64,000 bases of DNA from an uncultured Clostridia bacterium (GTDB lineage: Bacteria; Bacillota_I; Bacilli_A; RF39; UBA660). Position numbers and translations under genes: made by a program. Of this stretch, positions 47,743 through 57,458 are shown piece by piece (within the stretch, counting starts at the first letter, position 1; each line of letters starts with the position of its first letter). The notes beneath the pieces were generated by a model. That model was given only the letters and a program-made list of their open reading frames with translations, was not told the DNA's origin and did not search any database. The DNA is taken from positions 95,086-159,085 of the forward strand of contig CAOJDX010000001.1 in NCBI GenBank assembly GCA_948433435.1, read 5' to 3'.

Positions 47743-49012
47743 CTAAAAGATAAGGATACTCCATAGCAGTAAGTTTTACATTTAGCATCTTATCACTTTC
47801 ATAAATTCCTTTGATTTTTATCTGTAGATAATTTCCTGTATGTCCATAAGTATAGTCTTTTTTTTGATTTTCAGTTAGTACAGATAAGTCTTTCCCGATA
47901 AATTTAGTCATATATTTTTTTTCTAGTTGACGACTAATTTCTAGTAATTTTCGTGCTCTTTCTTTCTTAATATTACCATCTATCTGTTCCATCTGAGCTG
48001 CTTTAGTATTATTTCTTAATGAATATGGAAAAACATGGATTTTTGAAAAGCCTATTTCATGTGCTGTTCTAATCGTTTCCTCAAAATCTTCCTCACTTTC
48101 TCCAGGATGTCCTACAATAATATCTGTTGTAATAGCAATATGAGGTCTAATTTTTCGAATTTGCTCTATTTTTTCTTTAAAATATTTTAAATCATATTTC
48201 CTGTTCATTACCTTTAAAACATGATTACTCCCTGCCTGTAGGGGTATATGCAAATGATCTACTATTATTGGACTTGTTTTTAAAATATCTAAAACCTCTT
48301 CTGTTAATTCGGTTACCTCAATAGAAGAAATTCTAAGCCTTTCAAGGCCTTTTATTTTAACTACTTCCTGTAAAAGTTCTGCAAAACTAGAGTGAATATC
48401 TACTCCATAATTTCCTGTATGAATACCTGTTAAAACAATTTCTTTATAGCCATTAGAGACTAATGCAGTACTTTCTTTTATTACTGTATTAAAATCTTTA
48501 CTCCGACATTTTCCTCTAACAAACGGTATGATGCAATAACTACAAAAATTTTCACACCCATCCTGAATCTTGACAAAGGCTCTGGTTCTTCCAACAAATT
48601 TTGTAATATACATATCTTCAAAAATAGTTTTTTCCTCCGAACTTATTTGGCGAATAGTTTTCTTTTTTGAAAAATATTCATCTAAAAGTTCTACAATCTT
48701 TGATTTATCTTTATTTCCCAGATAAATATCTACTCCATCTTCTACAAATTCCTGATGTCCTTCAATAAAACAACCCATAGCAACTACACAAGCACTACTA
48801 TTTCTTTTGATGGCATGCCTGATCATTTTACGAGATTTTATATCTGATTGATTAGTAACTGTGCAAGTATTAATGATATAAACATCACAAATATCTTCAA
48901 AATCTTTAATTTCATAATTATTTTTTTTTAGTAGGTCCATTACAAATAAAGACTCATAGGTATTTACTTTACATCCTAATGTACAAACTCCAACACTTTT
49001 CATATTTATCAC
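47726..49012 (-). CDS. mtaB: radical-SAM tRNA methylthiotransferase (MtaB-like)
   Basis: It has the N-terminal MTTase Cys triad, a radical SAM CxxxCxxC (CSYCIIPFVRG) and a TRAM-like C-terminus. Confidence 0.65.
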   Translation of the reverse strand: MINMKSVGVCTLGCKVNTYESLFVMDLLKKNNYEIKDFEDICDVYIINTCTVTNQSDIKSRKMIRHAIKRNSSACVVAMGCFIEGHQEFVEDGVDIYLGNKDKSKIVELLDEYFSKKKTIRQISSEEKTIFEDMYITKFVGRTRAFVKIQDGCENFCSYCIIPFVRGKCRSKDFNTVIKESTALVSNGYKEIVLTGIHTGNYGVDIHSSFAELLQEVVKIKGLERLRISSIEVTELTEEVLDILKTSPIIVDHLHIPLQAGSNHVLKVMNRKYDLKYFKEKIEQIRKIRPHIAITTDIIVGHPGESEEDFEETIRTAHEIGFSKIHVFPYSLRNNTKAAQMEQIDGNIKKERARKLLEISRQLEKKYMTKFIGKDLSVLTENQKKDYTYGHTGNYLQIKIKGIYESDKMLNVKLTAMEYPYLLGEVND

Positions 49013-49208
49013 TACTTTCTTCTTAATTTGAAATAATTTTAATTAGAAAATCCTTTTCACTAGTATAATCTATTTTACGCTCATAATGGCTATAAATAAC
49101 ATAGAAATTAAATTCTATTTTTCTCCTTTATTACTATAACATAAAACGAATGTTTGTCAAATGTTTTATTGGTATAACCGACGTCTTTACTATACAAAAA
49201 AAGCTAGA

Positions 49209-50339
49209 TTAATCTAGTTTCTTTTGTAACTCTTTTAGTGCAGCAATAAATTGATTAGTTTTGCGAATTTCAGCATCCAATTTATCATAATTTGCTGTAT
49301 TTTCTAATTCTAATTCTGTATTTCTATGAAAATCTGTTTTTTCCTTTTCAATTCCATATACAGGAGAAATAACAGGACTACTTTTAAACTTAGGTTCTTC
49401 AGCAATTGGTTTTAATTCACTGACAGAAGATATTTTTACTTGTTCAAAGCTATCTAGGGTTAATTGTTCAGGTTTATTAGAAGGGGTTGTATTCTCTTCC
49501 TGATTCATCATAATTACTTCTTGTTTTCTTTTTTCTAAATCAGCTAAACTAATTGGTTCATTCCCTTCATCCTGATATTGAGTCTCTTCGTTCTTTTCAT
49601 ACATTTCATTTGCTTTTTTCATTAGTTCATCTAGACTAATAATTGCAGTGTCTTCTTGCATTCTCTCAAATTCTGTTAACTCAATATTTTCTTCTTTTTC
49701 TTGTTCTAATTTTTCTGTTATTTCTGCTAATTGCTTTTTCGCTTCTTCCTGTTCAGGTTCAATACTTGTGTAAACGATTTTTTCTTTTTTCTCTTCTATT
49801 TTTGAACTTTCTTTTTCAACATTTTCTGGAACTTCTTCTATTTTTTCCAATGAATTTGGAGTAACAGGCATTATACTCTCTATATTTTGTTCTATAACCA
49901 TTGGTTTTTCTTCTATAATTTTAATTTCTGGTATATTATTTTCTACAACTGGGGTTTTCTCCTCCACCGAAGATATAACAGTATTAATAGGGACTATATT
50001 TTCTGGTTTCTGTTCTAAAGGCACCGTATTTTCTACTTTTATTTTCTGTTCTTCTACAACCGGAATAGGACCTGGGAGTGTTTCTTCCTTTGGCAAAGTG
50101 AGTACCTCTTTCATTGCCTCTCCTAATACTTCTTGATGATTATCTGTTGTGATTTTCATTTCTTCTTTCTTTACTTCTTCTACCAGTTTGTTTAATTCCA
50201 TAGTATTTTGTTTTTTCTTACGTTTATGCCCTGTATTTTTCATAAAACAAAACATTACATACAAAACACTAACTATTACTGCAATTATATATACAAGAAT
50301 AGCTTCTCTACTAACTAAAAAGCTAATTAATTCTTTCAT
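49209..50339 (-). CDS. membrane-anchored acidic low-complexity protein
   Basis: 376 aa with an N-terminal TM helix followed by a long Glu/Lys/Pro-rich region. Confidence 0.4.
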   Translation of the reverse strand: MKELISFLVSREAILVYIIAVIVSVLYVMFCFMKNTGHKRKKKQNTMELNKLVEEVKKEEMKITTDNHQEVLGEAMKEVLTLPKEETLPGPIPVVEEQKIKVENTVPLEQKPENIVPINTVISSVEEKTPVVENNIPEIKIIEEKPMVIEQNIESIMPVTPNSLEKIEEVPENVEKESSKIEEKKEKIVYTSIEPEQEEAKKQLAEITEKLEQEKEENIELTEFERMQEDTAIISLDELMKKANEMYEKNEETQYQDEGNEPISLADLEKRKQEVIMMNQEENTTPSNKPEQLTLDSFEQVKISSVSELKPIAEEPKFKSSPVISPVYGIEKEKTDFHRNTELELENTANYDKLDAEIRKTNQFIAALKELQKKLD

Positions 50340-50398
50340 TTACTACCACCTCTATTATCAGTTTAACACAACTTTCTTATCTTAGGAAAGGGAAAAAT

Positions 50399-52930
50399 TT
50401 ATTTTTTAAGTAGTTTACAACGAACAAATTTTTCATAAATAACAATTAAACTTAATAAAATCAAAGAAAGAAAAGAAATTATTTTTCCTACTTTTAACAA
50501 AGGGGCCTGGTAAATTAATTTAACATGATGATTCCCCTTTTTTATTTTAGTCCCTAAAAAACTAGTGTTTACTTTTTCAATTTTTTTCTTTTGACCATCT
50601 ATGTAAATTGTGAACCCTTCATCATAAGGAATACTAGTAAGAAGATAACCTGTATTACTTACTTCAATATTTCCTTCTATTGTATCTCCTTTGGTTTTAG
50701 TATAATTAAATTGGAAATGATCAATATTTTGATTTAAGTTGTTGAAATCTTTGATATCCATACTATACAATTCTACATCGCTTATTTGATAATTACCCTG
50801 ACCTATTTTAATATCATAGTCACTATTATCTGCCAATACATAATGAAAAGTATAGTTATTATTTTGATAGTTATATTCTTTAGAAGCACAACTTAACTTA
50901 TTTGTAATTCCATTAATTTTAATGAATCTATCGATTTGGTCACAACTACTCTTATTGTTTATTTTGAATTGTAAAAAAAGTATTTTATCTTTTAAATTGG
51001 TACTTTTAGCTATTTTAATATGAAGATCGTTGTTGCTTTTTATTATAGTTTGACCGTTCTCATGTTTGATCGCTTCATTTTCTATTTTCACATAATTATC
51101 TACTTTTTTAATTTTGGAGTCTATCTTGGTATTACTAGACTCTTCTGTAATTACTCCCTGTAATAAATATTCTAGATTATAAGGATAGGTATTTTTTTTA
51201 TATTCTTTTATATTGAAAATTTTATTTGTAGCATAAATTATTCCTCTATAATTAGGATTATAGTAAATATTCTTCTTAATTTTTTGATATCCAAGTAAAT
51301 TACTTTGTCCAATAATATATTTAATACCAAAATATGTATCATAAATAATATTATTACTACTGGTAAGCATTAATTTATTTCGGTTTGGTAATGCTACCTT
51401 TAGTTCTTGTTTTAAAAAATTCTGATAATTTTTATTTTCTAAGGAAGAATAAAGAGATGTTGTATAATATTTAGCAGAATGAATGCTGTTAGCATTTCTT
51501 AAAGAGTAATTCACTTCCTTCATCCGATAAATATCTTGGTCATTTTTGAGGATGTTCATAATTTCTTTTCTAGCATTATTTTCTTCGTGATATTCATAAG
51601 TTACAAATGTCTCAGTATAACTAGTAACAATATTTATTAGAAACAGAAAAACAATTAAATTGTTCAAATGAAATTTTTTCTGTTTTTTTGTTAAAAGGAA
51701 ATAAGTAAGCATAAAATCAATTATTAAGAAAGGAATAAAGGAATAATTGTCCTTTATAAATAGATTATATAAGAAAAAAAGACTAAATAAAATAAGCAAT
51801 AGTTTTGTTGGTTTCCTTTTTTCACTTTTCATAGCCTCTAAATAAAAACAAAGAACTAAAATAATTAAAGGAATAAAGGGAATGAGAATTTTACTTCTAA
51901 TATAGAGCTTGCCATTTAAAAAATACATGATAAAAGGAAAAAATATGGTAATTAATAAAACAATACTTAAAACTCTTTTACTGTTTTCTTTTTTCTTTTG
52001 AAAAGAAAAATAAATAAGACTGACAATGCTAATAATAGAAAGCCCTAGACCATAACTATCATATAGAATATTTTTAATACTAAAATTAGGAAGAATGATT
52101 TCAGATAATTGAATACTTGCTGTTGTCGTAGTTCTGCCAGTTTGAATTGCTTTAAGGGTTGGTAATAGCAAAATACAACTAATCCCAATAGCAAGTACAG
52201 CGCCAAGGGCCAACGGAAGTCCTTTTTTTAGATATTCCCCTAATTTGAATGAATAGTTTTTTAAATAATAATAAGTAAAATATAGTACTTCAACTAAAAT
52301 GGCTGGAATACTATAATAGTAACTAGTTAAAATCATTAAAGTATTTATTATGATAAAAAGAGAAATAGTTTGATTTTTAAAGTATTTTCTAATACAGAAT
52401 AGGCTAATGAATAAAAATGGTAAATAGTTTATAAACATATAATGTCGGTGAACATGGAATAATATTGGAGTAGATAACAAGAGAAAAAGACTTCCAAAAA
52501 AAGCAGTATTTTTCTTTACTTCTCCTTTAAAAAAGTGATAAGAAAGAACTCCTATACTCATATAAATTAAAATATTTAATACTTGCATATAATCAATCAT
52601 TTTTACAAATGGTACTAAGTAGCTAAATATAAGTAAAGGACTATATAAGCCATAATAAGAAAAATTATAAATATTTTGTCCTCCACCTAGTTGAAAAGCA
52701 AAACTTGGAAAGAAGTTTCCACTACTATAAAATAAAGTTCTAAAATATTCTGGAAATTTAATATGCTGATTATACCAGTCAACACTAGAGCCAAAATAAC
52801 TTCCTTTTTTCATCATACTTATTATAAATAAAAGAGCGAGAAAACATATTAAAATATATCGATAATCAAAATCTTTATTTTTTTGCATGTAACACCATCC
52901 TATTTTTAATACTTTTAGATTCTTTCTCAT
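50399..52930 (-). CDS. YfhO family membrane glycosyltransferase
   Basis: 843 aa. The N-terminal DWYNQHIKFPEYFRTLFYSSGNFFPSFAFQLGGGQNIY signature is present. Confidence 0.8.
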   Translation of the reverse strand: MRKNLKVLKIGWCYMQKNKDFDYRYILICFLALLFIISMMKKGSYFGSSVDWYNQHIKFPEYFRTLFYSSGNFFPSFAFQLGGGQNIYNFSYYGLYSPLLIFSYLVPFVKMIDYMQVLNILIYMSIGVLSYHFFKGEVKKNTAFFGSLFLLLSTPILFHVHRHYMFINYLPFLFISLFCIRKYFKNQTISLFIIINTLMILTSYYYSIPAILVEVLYFTYYYLKNYSFKLGEYLKKGLPLALGAVLAIGISCILLLPTLKAIQTGRTTTTASIQLSEIILPNFSIKNILYDSYGLGLSIISIVSLIYFSFQKKKENSKRVLSIVLLITIFFPFIMYFLNGKLYIRSKILIPFIPLIILVLCFYLEAMKSEKRKPTKLLLILFSLFFLYNLFIKDNYSFIPFLIIDFMLTYFLLTKKQKKFHLNNLIVFLFLINIVTSYTETFVTYEYHEENNARKEIMNILKNDQDIYRMKEVNYSLRNANSIHSAKYYTTSLYSSLENKNYQNFLKQELKVALPNRNKLMLTSSNNIIYDTYFGIKYIIGQSNLLGYQKIKKNIYYNPNYRGIIYATNKIFNIKEYKKNTYPYNLEYLLQGVITEESSNTKIDSKIKKVDNYVKIENEAIKHENGQTIIKSNNDLHIKIAKSTNLKDKILFLQFKINNKSSCDQIDRFIKINGITNKLSCASKEYNYQNNNYTFHYVLADNSDYDIKIGQGNYQISDVELYSMDIKDFNNLNQNIDHFQFNYTKTKGDTIEGNIEVSNTGYLLTSIPYDEGFTIYIDGQKKKIEKVNTSFLGTKIKKGNHHVKLIYQAPLLKVGKIISFLSLILLSLIVIYEKFVRCKLLKK

Positions 52931-52963
52931 ATATTATAGCAGATATTTAAATATTTAAAAAGG

Positions 52964-54265
52964 TTGATCAAAATGAAAGAAAAATTTATTAAATCAAGTA
53001 TTATTCTAATTATAGGTGGCTTTATTACTAAAGTTTTAGGAATTGTGAATAAAATCATGATGACTAGACTTTTAAAAACAGAGGGTTTGGGTCTTTATAT
53101 GTTAATTTTGCCAACTTTTTCTCTTTTTATTAATTTAGCTAGCTTTGGCTTTCCTATAGCTATTTCAAAATTGGTAGCAGAAGATGATAAAAATAATAAG
53201 AGATTAGTTTTTTCAGTGATTCCATTTAGTTTATTAATCAATGTTTTTCTAATTATTTTAATTATTCTTTTTGCTCCTTATTTGTCTCATTATTTATTAA
53301 AAGAAGATAAAGTATATTATGCAATTATTGCCATTTCTCTTGTTATTCCTTTTACCTCTATTTCGGCTATCTTAAGAAGTTATTTTTTTGGGAAAGAAAA
53401 GATGGTTCCTCATGTTTTATCTAACATTATAGAAGATATTGTCCGACTTTTCTTAATTATTTTAGGAGTTCCTATTTTCTTAGAGCATGGTATTGAATAT
53501 GCTATTTTCTATTTAATTGCCAGTAATGTGGTATCAGAATTAGCTTCTATTCTCATCTTATTTTTATTTTTGCCTAAAAATTTTAAATTAACGAAAAAAG
53601 ATATAAAACCTAGTCGAATTTATTTAAAAGATTCTTTAGAAATTAGTGTTCCTACGACTATTAGTCGCTTAATAGGTAGCTTTACTTACTTTTTGGAGCC
53701 AATCATCTTAACTAGTATTCTTCTTTATACAGGATATTCTAGAAATTATATTACTACAGAATATGGTATTATTAGTGGATATGTTATGCCAATGATTTTA
53801 CTACCTTCTTTTTTTAGTAACGCAATTAGTCAGGCTCTTCTACCCATTGTTAGTAAAAGTTATAAGAAAAAAAATTATCAATATACTAAGAAAAAAATCA
53901 AACAGGCAATTATGATTTCTTTAGCTATAGGAGGAGTCTTTACCATTTCCTTTATCATGATCCCAGAAAAAATTTTATCTCTTATTTATCATACCACTGA
54001 GGGAGCTGCTTATTTAAAATTTTTTGCTCCAATTTGTTTATTACAATATATTGTGGCTCCTCTTACTATGAGTTTAGATGCAATGGGAAAAAGTAAGGAT
54101 AATTTGGTAGTTACTATTGTTATCTCTATTATTCGAACGATAGCACTTCCCCTATTCGCCCTTTTTAAAATAGGTATCTGGGCTTTAATTCTTTCAACTA
54201 GTATTAATATTATTGTAGATACTGTAATGAGTTTAAAGAGAGTTAAAAGAGCTTTATCAGTGTAA
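52964..54265 (+). CDS. MOP-superfamily oligosaccharide flippase (polysaccharide biosynthesis protein)
   Basis: 433 aa with ~12 TM helices. It is divergent from the YfhO gene. Confidence 0.7.
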   Translation: MIKMKEKFIKSSIILIIGGFITKVLGIVNKIMMTRLLKTEGLGLYMLILPTFSLFINLASFGFPIAISKLVAEDDKNNKRLVFSVIPFSLLINVFLIILIILFAPYLSHYLLKEDKVYYAIIAISLVIPFTSISAILRSYFFGKEKMVPHVLSNIIEDIVRLFLIILGVPIFLEHGIEYAIFYLIASNVVSELASILILFLFLPKNFKLTKKDIKPSRIYLKDSLEISVPTTISRLIGSFTYFLEPIILTSILLYTGYSRNYITTEYGIISGYVMPMILLPSFFSNAISQALLPIVSKSYKKKNYQYTKKKIKQAIMISLAIGGVFTISFIMIPEKILSLIYHTTEGAAYLKFFAPICLLQYIVAPLTMSLDAMGKSKDNLVVTIVISIIRTIALPLFALFKIGIWALILSTSINIIVDTVMSLKRVKRALSV

Positions 54266-54353
54266 AGTTGTTCATTTTCTTTACTACCTTTCCATGAGGT
54301 ATTGAATAAAACTAGTTTTTTTGATAAAATAATTCTAGAAGGAGTGAGATGAA

Positions 54354-54713
54354 ATGCAAAATTATGGAATCAAACAAAGAGATATTGCTGTAAGCATTAT
54401 TTTGAGTATTGTAACATGTGGGATCTATGCAATTTACTGGTTTATTTGTGTTACTGATGATATGGGTAAATTAAGTAATGATTCTAGATTAAAGGGTGGT
54501 ACTTGTTTCTTACTTACTTTAGTAACCTGTGGAATCTATGAATTTTATTGGGCATACTTAATGGGTAAAGCAAGTTATAATGCTAAAACAGAAAGAAAGC
54601 TTCCAGCAAATGATAACTCTGTCATTTATTTGATTTTACAACTTTTTGGACTAGGAATCGTTGTTTATGCTCTAGCTCAAAATGACATAAATGATATGGT
54701 TCAAGCAAATTAA
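54354..54713 (+). CDS. DUF4234 membrane protein
   Basis: It has repeated TCGIYAIYW / TCGIYEFYW motifs. Confidence 0.55.
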   Translation: MQNYGIKQRDIAVSIILSIVTCGIYAIYWFICVTDDMGKLSNDSRLKGGTCFLLTLVTCGIYEFYWAYLMGKASYNAKTERKLPANDNSVIYLILQLFGLGIVVYALAQNDINDMVQAN

Positions 54714-54733
54714 AAGGAGGAGTCCTTTTTTTT

Positions 54734-55048
54734 ATGAATATTTTTAAATTTATTTATTGTCCTTTTTATAAAATTACTAACTTATATTGTCCTGGTTGTG
54801 GAATTACTAGAATGTGTCTTAGTATTTTTAAAGGTGATTTTTATCAAGCATTTCGATATAATCCCCTATTATTTATTTTGATTCCTATGGCGATCTTTTT
54901 GATGATTAACCATTTTATTTCATACAAGTTAATGAAAAAAAGTACCCAAGAAAAAATTTATCTTGTTCTGATTGTTATTTTAATCATTTTTGGTATTTTA
55001 AGAAATATTCCTTATTTTTCCTATTTACAACCCACTAAAATTCATTAA
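54734..55048 (+). CDS. DUF2752 membrane protein
   Basis: It has a CPGCGITR motif. Confidence 0.55.
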   Translation: MNIFKFIYCPFYKITNLYCPGCGITRMCLSIFKGDFYQAFRYNPLLFILIPMAIFLMINHFISYKLMKKSTQEKIYLVLIVILIIFGILRNIPYFSYLQPTKIH

Positions 55049-55098
55049 TTTCACTCATTATTCACAAATACTTGTTATAATTTAGATGAGGTGATAGA

Positions 55099-55773
55099 AT
55101 GAAACTTTTAATTGTCGATGATGAAAAAAATATTAGAGAAGTTATTAAAGAATATGCTAAAGCGGAAAATTATCTTGTAGATGAAGCATCTGATGGAAAA
55201 GAAGCCTTAGAAAAATTAGAAACTAATCATTATGATATTTTAATTTTGGATATTATGATGCCTGAAGTAGACGGTTTTACTTTATTGCAAAATTTGTCAA
55301 AAGAAAAAAGAATACCGACAATTATTTTGTCTGCTAGAGATGAGATATATGATAAACTTCAAGGGTTTGATCTAGGAATTGATGATTATGTGACAAAACC
55401 ATTTTCTCCAAAAGAATTAATCGCTAGAATAAAGGCACTAGCTGCTAGAAGTAAGAGAATGGAATTGACTACCTATGAGATAGATTCTTTGAAAATCAAT
55501 GTACCAGCCCATACTATAAAAATTGATCAAAAAAAAGTCGATGTAACTCCTAAGGAATTCGAAATTCTAGTTTATTTAATAGAAAATAAAAATATTGCTA
55601 TTTCAAGAGAACAACTTTTGAGGAAAATTTGGGGATATGATTTTTTTGGTGATGATCGAACAGTTGACACTCATATAAAAATGCTTAGAAATAATTTGGG
55701 AAAATATCGTTCTTATATTGAAACAATACGTGGAATAGGATATAAATTTAGTGATGAAAAAGAAACTGAATAA
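55099..55773 (+). CDS. OmpR-family response regulator
   Basis: It has a receiver domain (LIVDDE...DILILDIMMP) and a winged-helix domain. Confidence 0.85.
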   Translation: MKLLIVDDEKNIREVIKEYAKAENYLVDEASDGKEALEKLETNHYDILILDIMMPEVDGFTLLQNLSKEKRIPTIILSARDEIYDKLQGFDLGIDDYVTKPFSPKELIARIKALAARSKRMELTTYEIDSLKINVPAHTIKIDQKKVDVTPKEFEILVYLIENKNIAISREQLLRKIWGYDFFGDDRTVDTHIKMLRNNLGKYRSYIETIRGIGYKFSDEKETE

Positions 55774-57169
55774 AAATTCTCTTACCATTAAAATATGGAA
55801 ATATTTAGTGTTATTTTCGCTTATTATTTTAGCCTTTTTATGGTTCTTTCAAGTTATATTTTTGAATACCTATTATCGTCATGCAAAAAAAAGAGAACTG
55901 CAAAAAGTAGCTAATATATTGCGTTTTAACAAAAATAATGAGAATGTTTCCCTACTTCTTGATAATCTTGCTTATGATAAAGGTATTTGCATTGAGATAA
56001 CAGATCGAACCTCTTCTTCCCTACAGACTTCTTCCATTATTTCTAGTGGTTGTATGATTGATATCAAAAATAGCTATACTTATAAACAAGATTTTATTAT
56101 GAGTGATCAAAAAAATCAATTATATGAATTAGAAAATCCAAGATTTAAAAATAATACATTAATATATGCCGTAAAATTGAATGATAATTTATATGCTTTT
56201 ATCAATACCTCTATTGATCCTATGGATTCTACAACTCAAATACTAAAAAATCAACTACTTTATGTTACTGTCGGAGTATTTATTTTATCTTTTATTGTTG
56301 CCTATTTTATTTCCAAATATATTTCCAAACCAATTGTCAAAATCAATACTTCTGCAAAGGCTTTGGCAACTGGTAAATATGATGTTCATTTTGAAACAGA
56401 GGAAGATATTGAGGAAATTAATGAACTTGTAGAAACATTAAACTATACGAAAAATGAACTTAGTAAAACGGAAGAATTGAGACGTGATTTAATGGCGAAT
56501 GTTTCTCATGATTTAAAAACTCCTTTAACAATGATTAAGGCCTATGCAGAAATGGCTAGAGATTTAAATTATGGCAACAAACAAAAAAGACAAGATAATT
56601 TAAATATTATTATAGAAGAAACAGATCGTTTAACAGTTCTTGTAAATGATATCTTAACTCTTTCAAAAATGCAATCAGAAATTAGTCAATTATCTTTAGA
56701 GGAATTTGATTTAATTGAGTTAATTGATACTATTATTAAACGGTATCGTATTCTCCATGAACTAGAAAGATATACTTTTCAATTTGTCCATTCAAAAAAA
56801 AGAATTATGATTAGGGCTGATAGAAAAAAAATTGAACAAGTTATTTACAACTTAGTTAATAATGCGATTAATTATACAGGTAAGAATAACCTAGTTACAA
56901 TTAAAGTTCAAGAAAGAGAAAATATTCTAGTAGAAATTATAGATACAGGAAGTGGTATCAATGAAGAGGAAATAAAATATATTTGGGATAAATATTATAA
57001 GAATCAAAAAAAACATAAAAGAAACTTAGTTGGTACAGGTCTTGGCCTATCTATTGTAAAAAATATCTTAGAAGAACATCATTACTCTTATGGTGTGAAA
57101 TCTATTATAAATAAAGGGGCTACTTTCTATTTTGAAATACCAAAATTAAAAACTAATAGTGAAAAGTAA
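55751..57169 (+). CDS. sensor histidine kinase
   Basis: It has 2 TM helices, HAMP, an H-box (VSHDLKTPLT) and HATPase_c (GTGLGLSIV). It overlaps the response-regulator gene. Confidence 0.85.
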   Translation: MMKKKLNKNSLTIKIWKYLVLFSLIILAFLWFFQVIFLNTYYRHAKKRELQKVANILRFNKNNENVSLLLDNLAYDKGICIEITDRTSSSLQTSSIISSGCMIDIKNSYTYKQDFIMSDQKNQLYELENPRFKNNTLIYAVKLNDNLYAFINTSIDPMDSTTQILKNQLLYVTVGVFILSFIVAYFISKYISKPIVKINTSAKALATGKYDVHFETEEDIEEINELVETLNYTKNELSKTEELRRDLMANVSHDLKTPLTMIKAYAEMARDLNYGNKQKRQDNLNIIIEETDRLTVLVNDILTLSKMQSEISQLSLEEFDLIELIDTIIKRYRILHELERYTFQFVHSKKRIMIRADRKKIEQVIYNLVNNAINYTGKNNLVTIKVQERENILVEIIDTGSGINEEEIKYIWDKYYKNQKKHKRNLVGTGLGLSIVKNILEEHHYSYGVKSIINKGATFYFEIPKLKTNSEK

Positions 57170-57432
57170 AATTCCTATTAGTTTTTATTTTAGTCAAGAT
57201 TAATATGAACTATACGTACTGAAAAAGAAGAAGTATTATATACACATAATGAAGATACCTATATCATATGGGGAGGTATAATATATTCCTTCACAAGTTA
57301 TCCAAGAGTTTTTTTCTTGCAAAGTATTTTTTGTAAACTCCATATTTACTTTGAAAAAGGTAAGTAAAAGCTTCCCCTCCCTCAGATCACTTTATCAAGA
57401 AAGATTTCTAAGATACTGTTAAAAACATAAAA

Positions 57433-57458
57433 GAAAAAGTTAGAAATTTCTAACTTTC
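57433..57458. terminator. bidirectional terminator between the convergent histidine kinase and ABC genes
   Basis: A perfect palindrome AAAGTTAGAAATTTCTAACTTT that overlaps the ABC stop. Confidence 0.5.
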
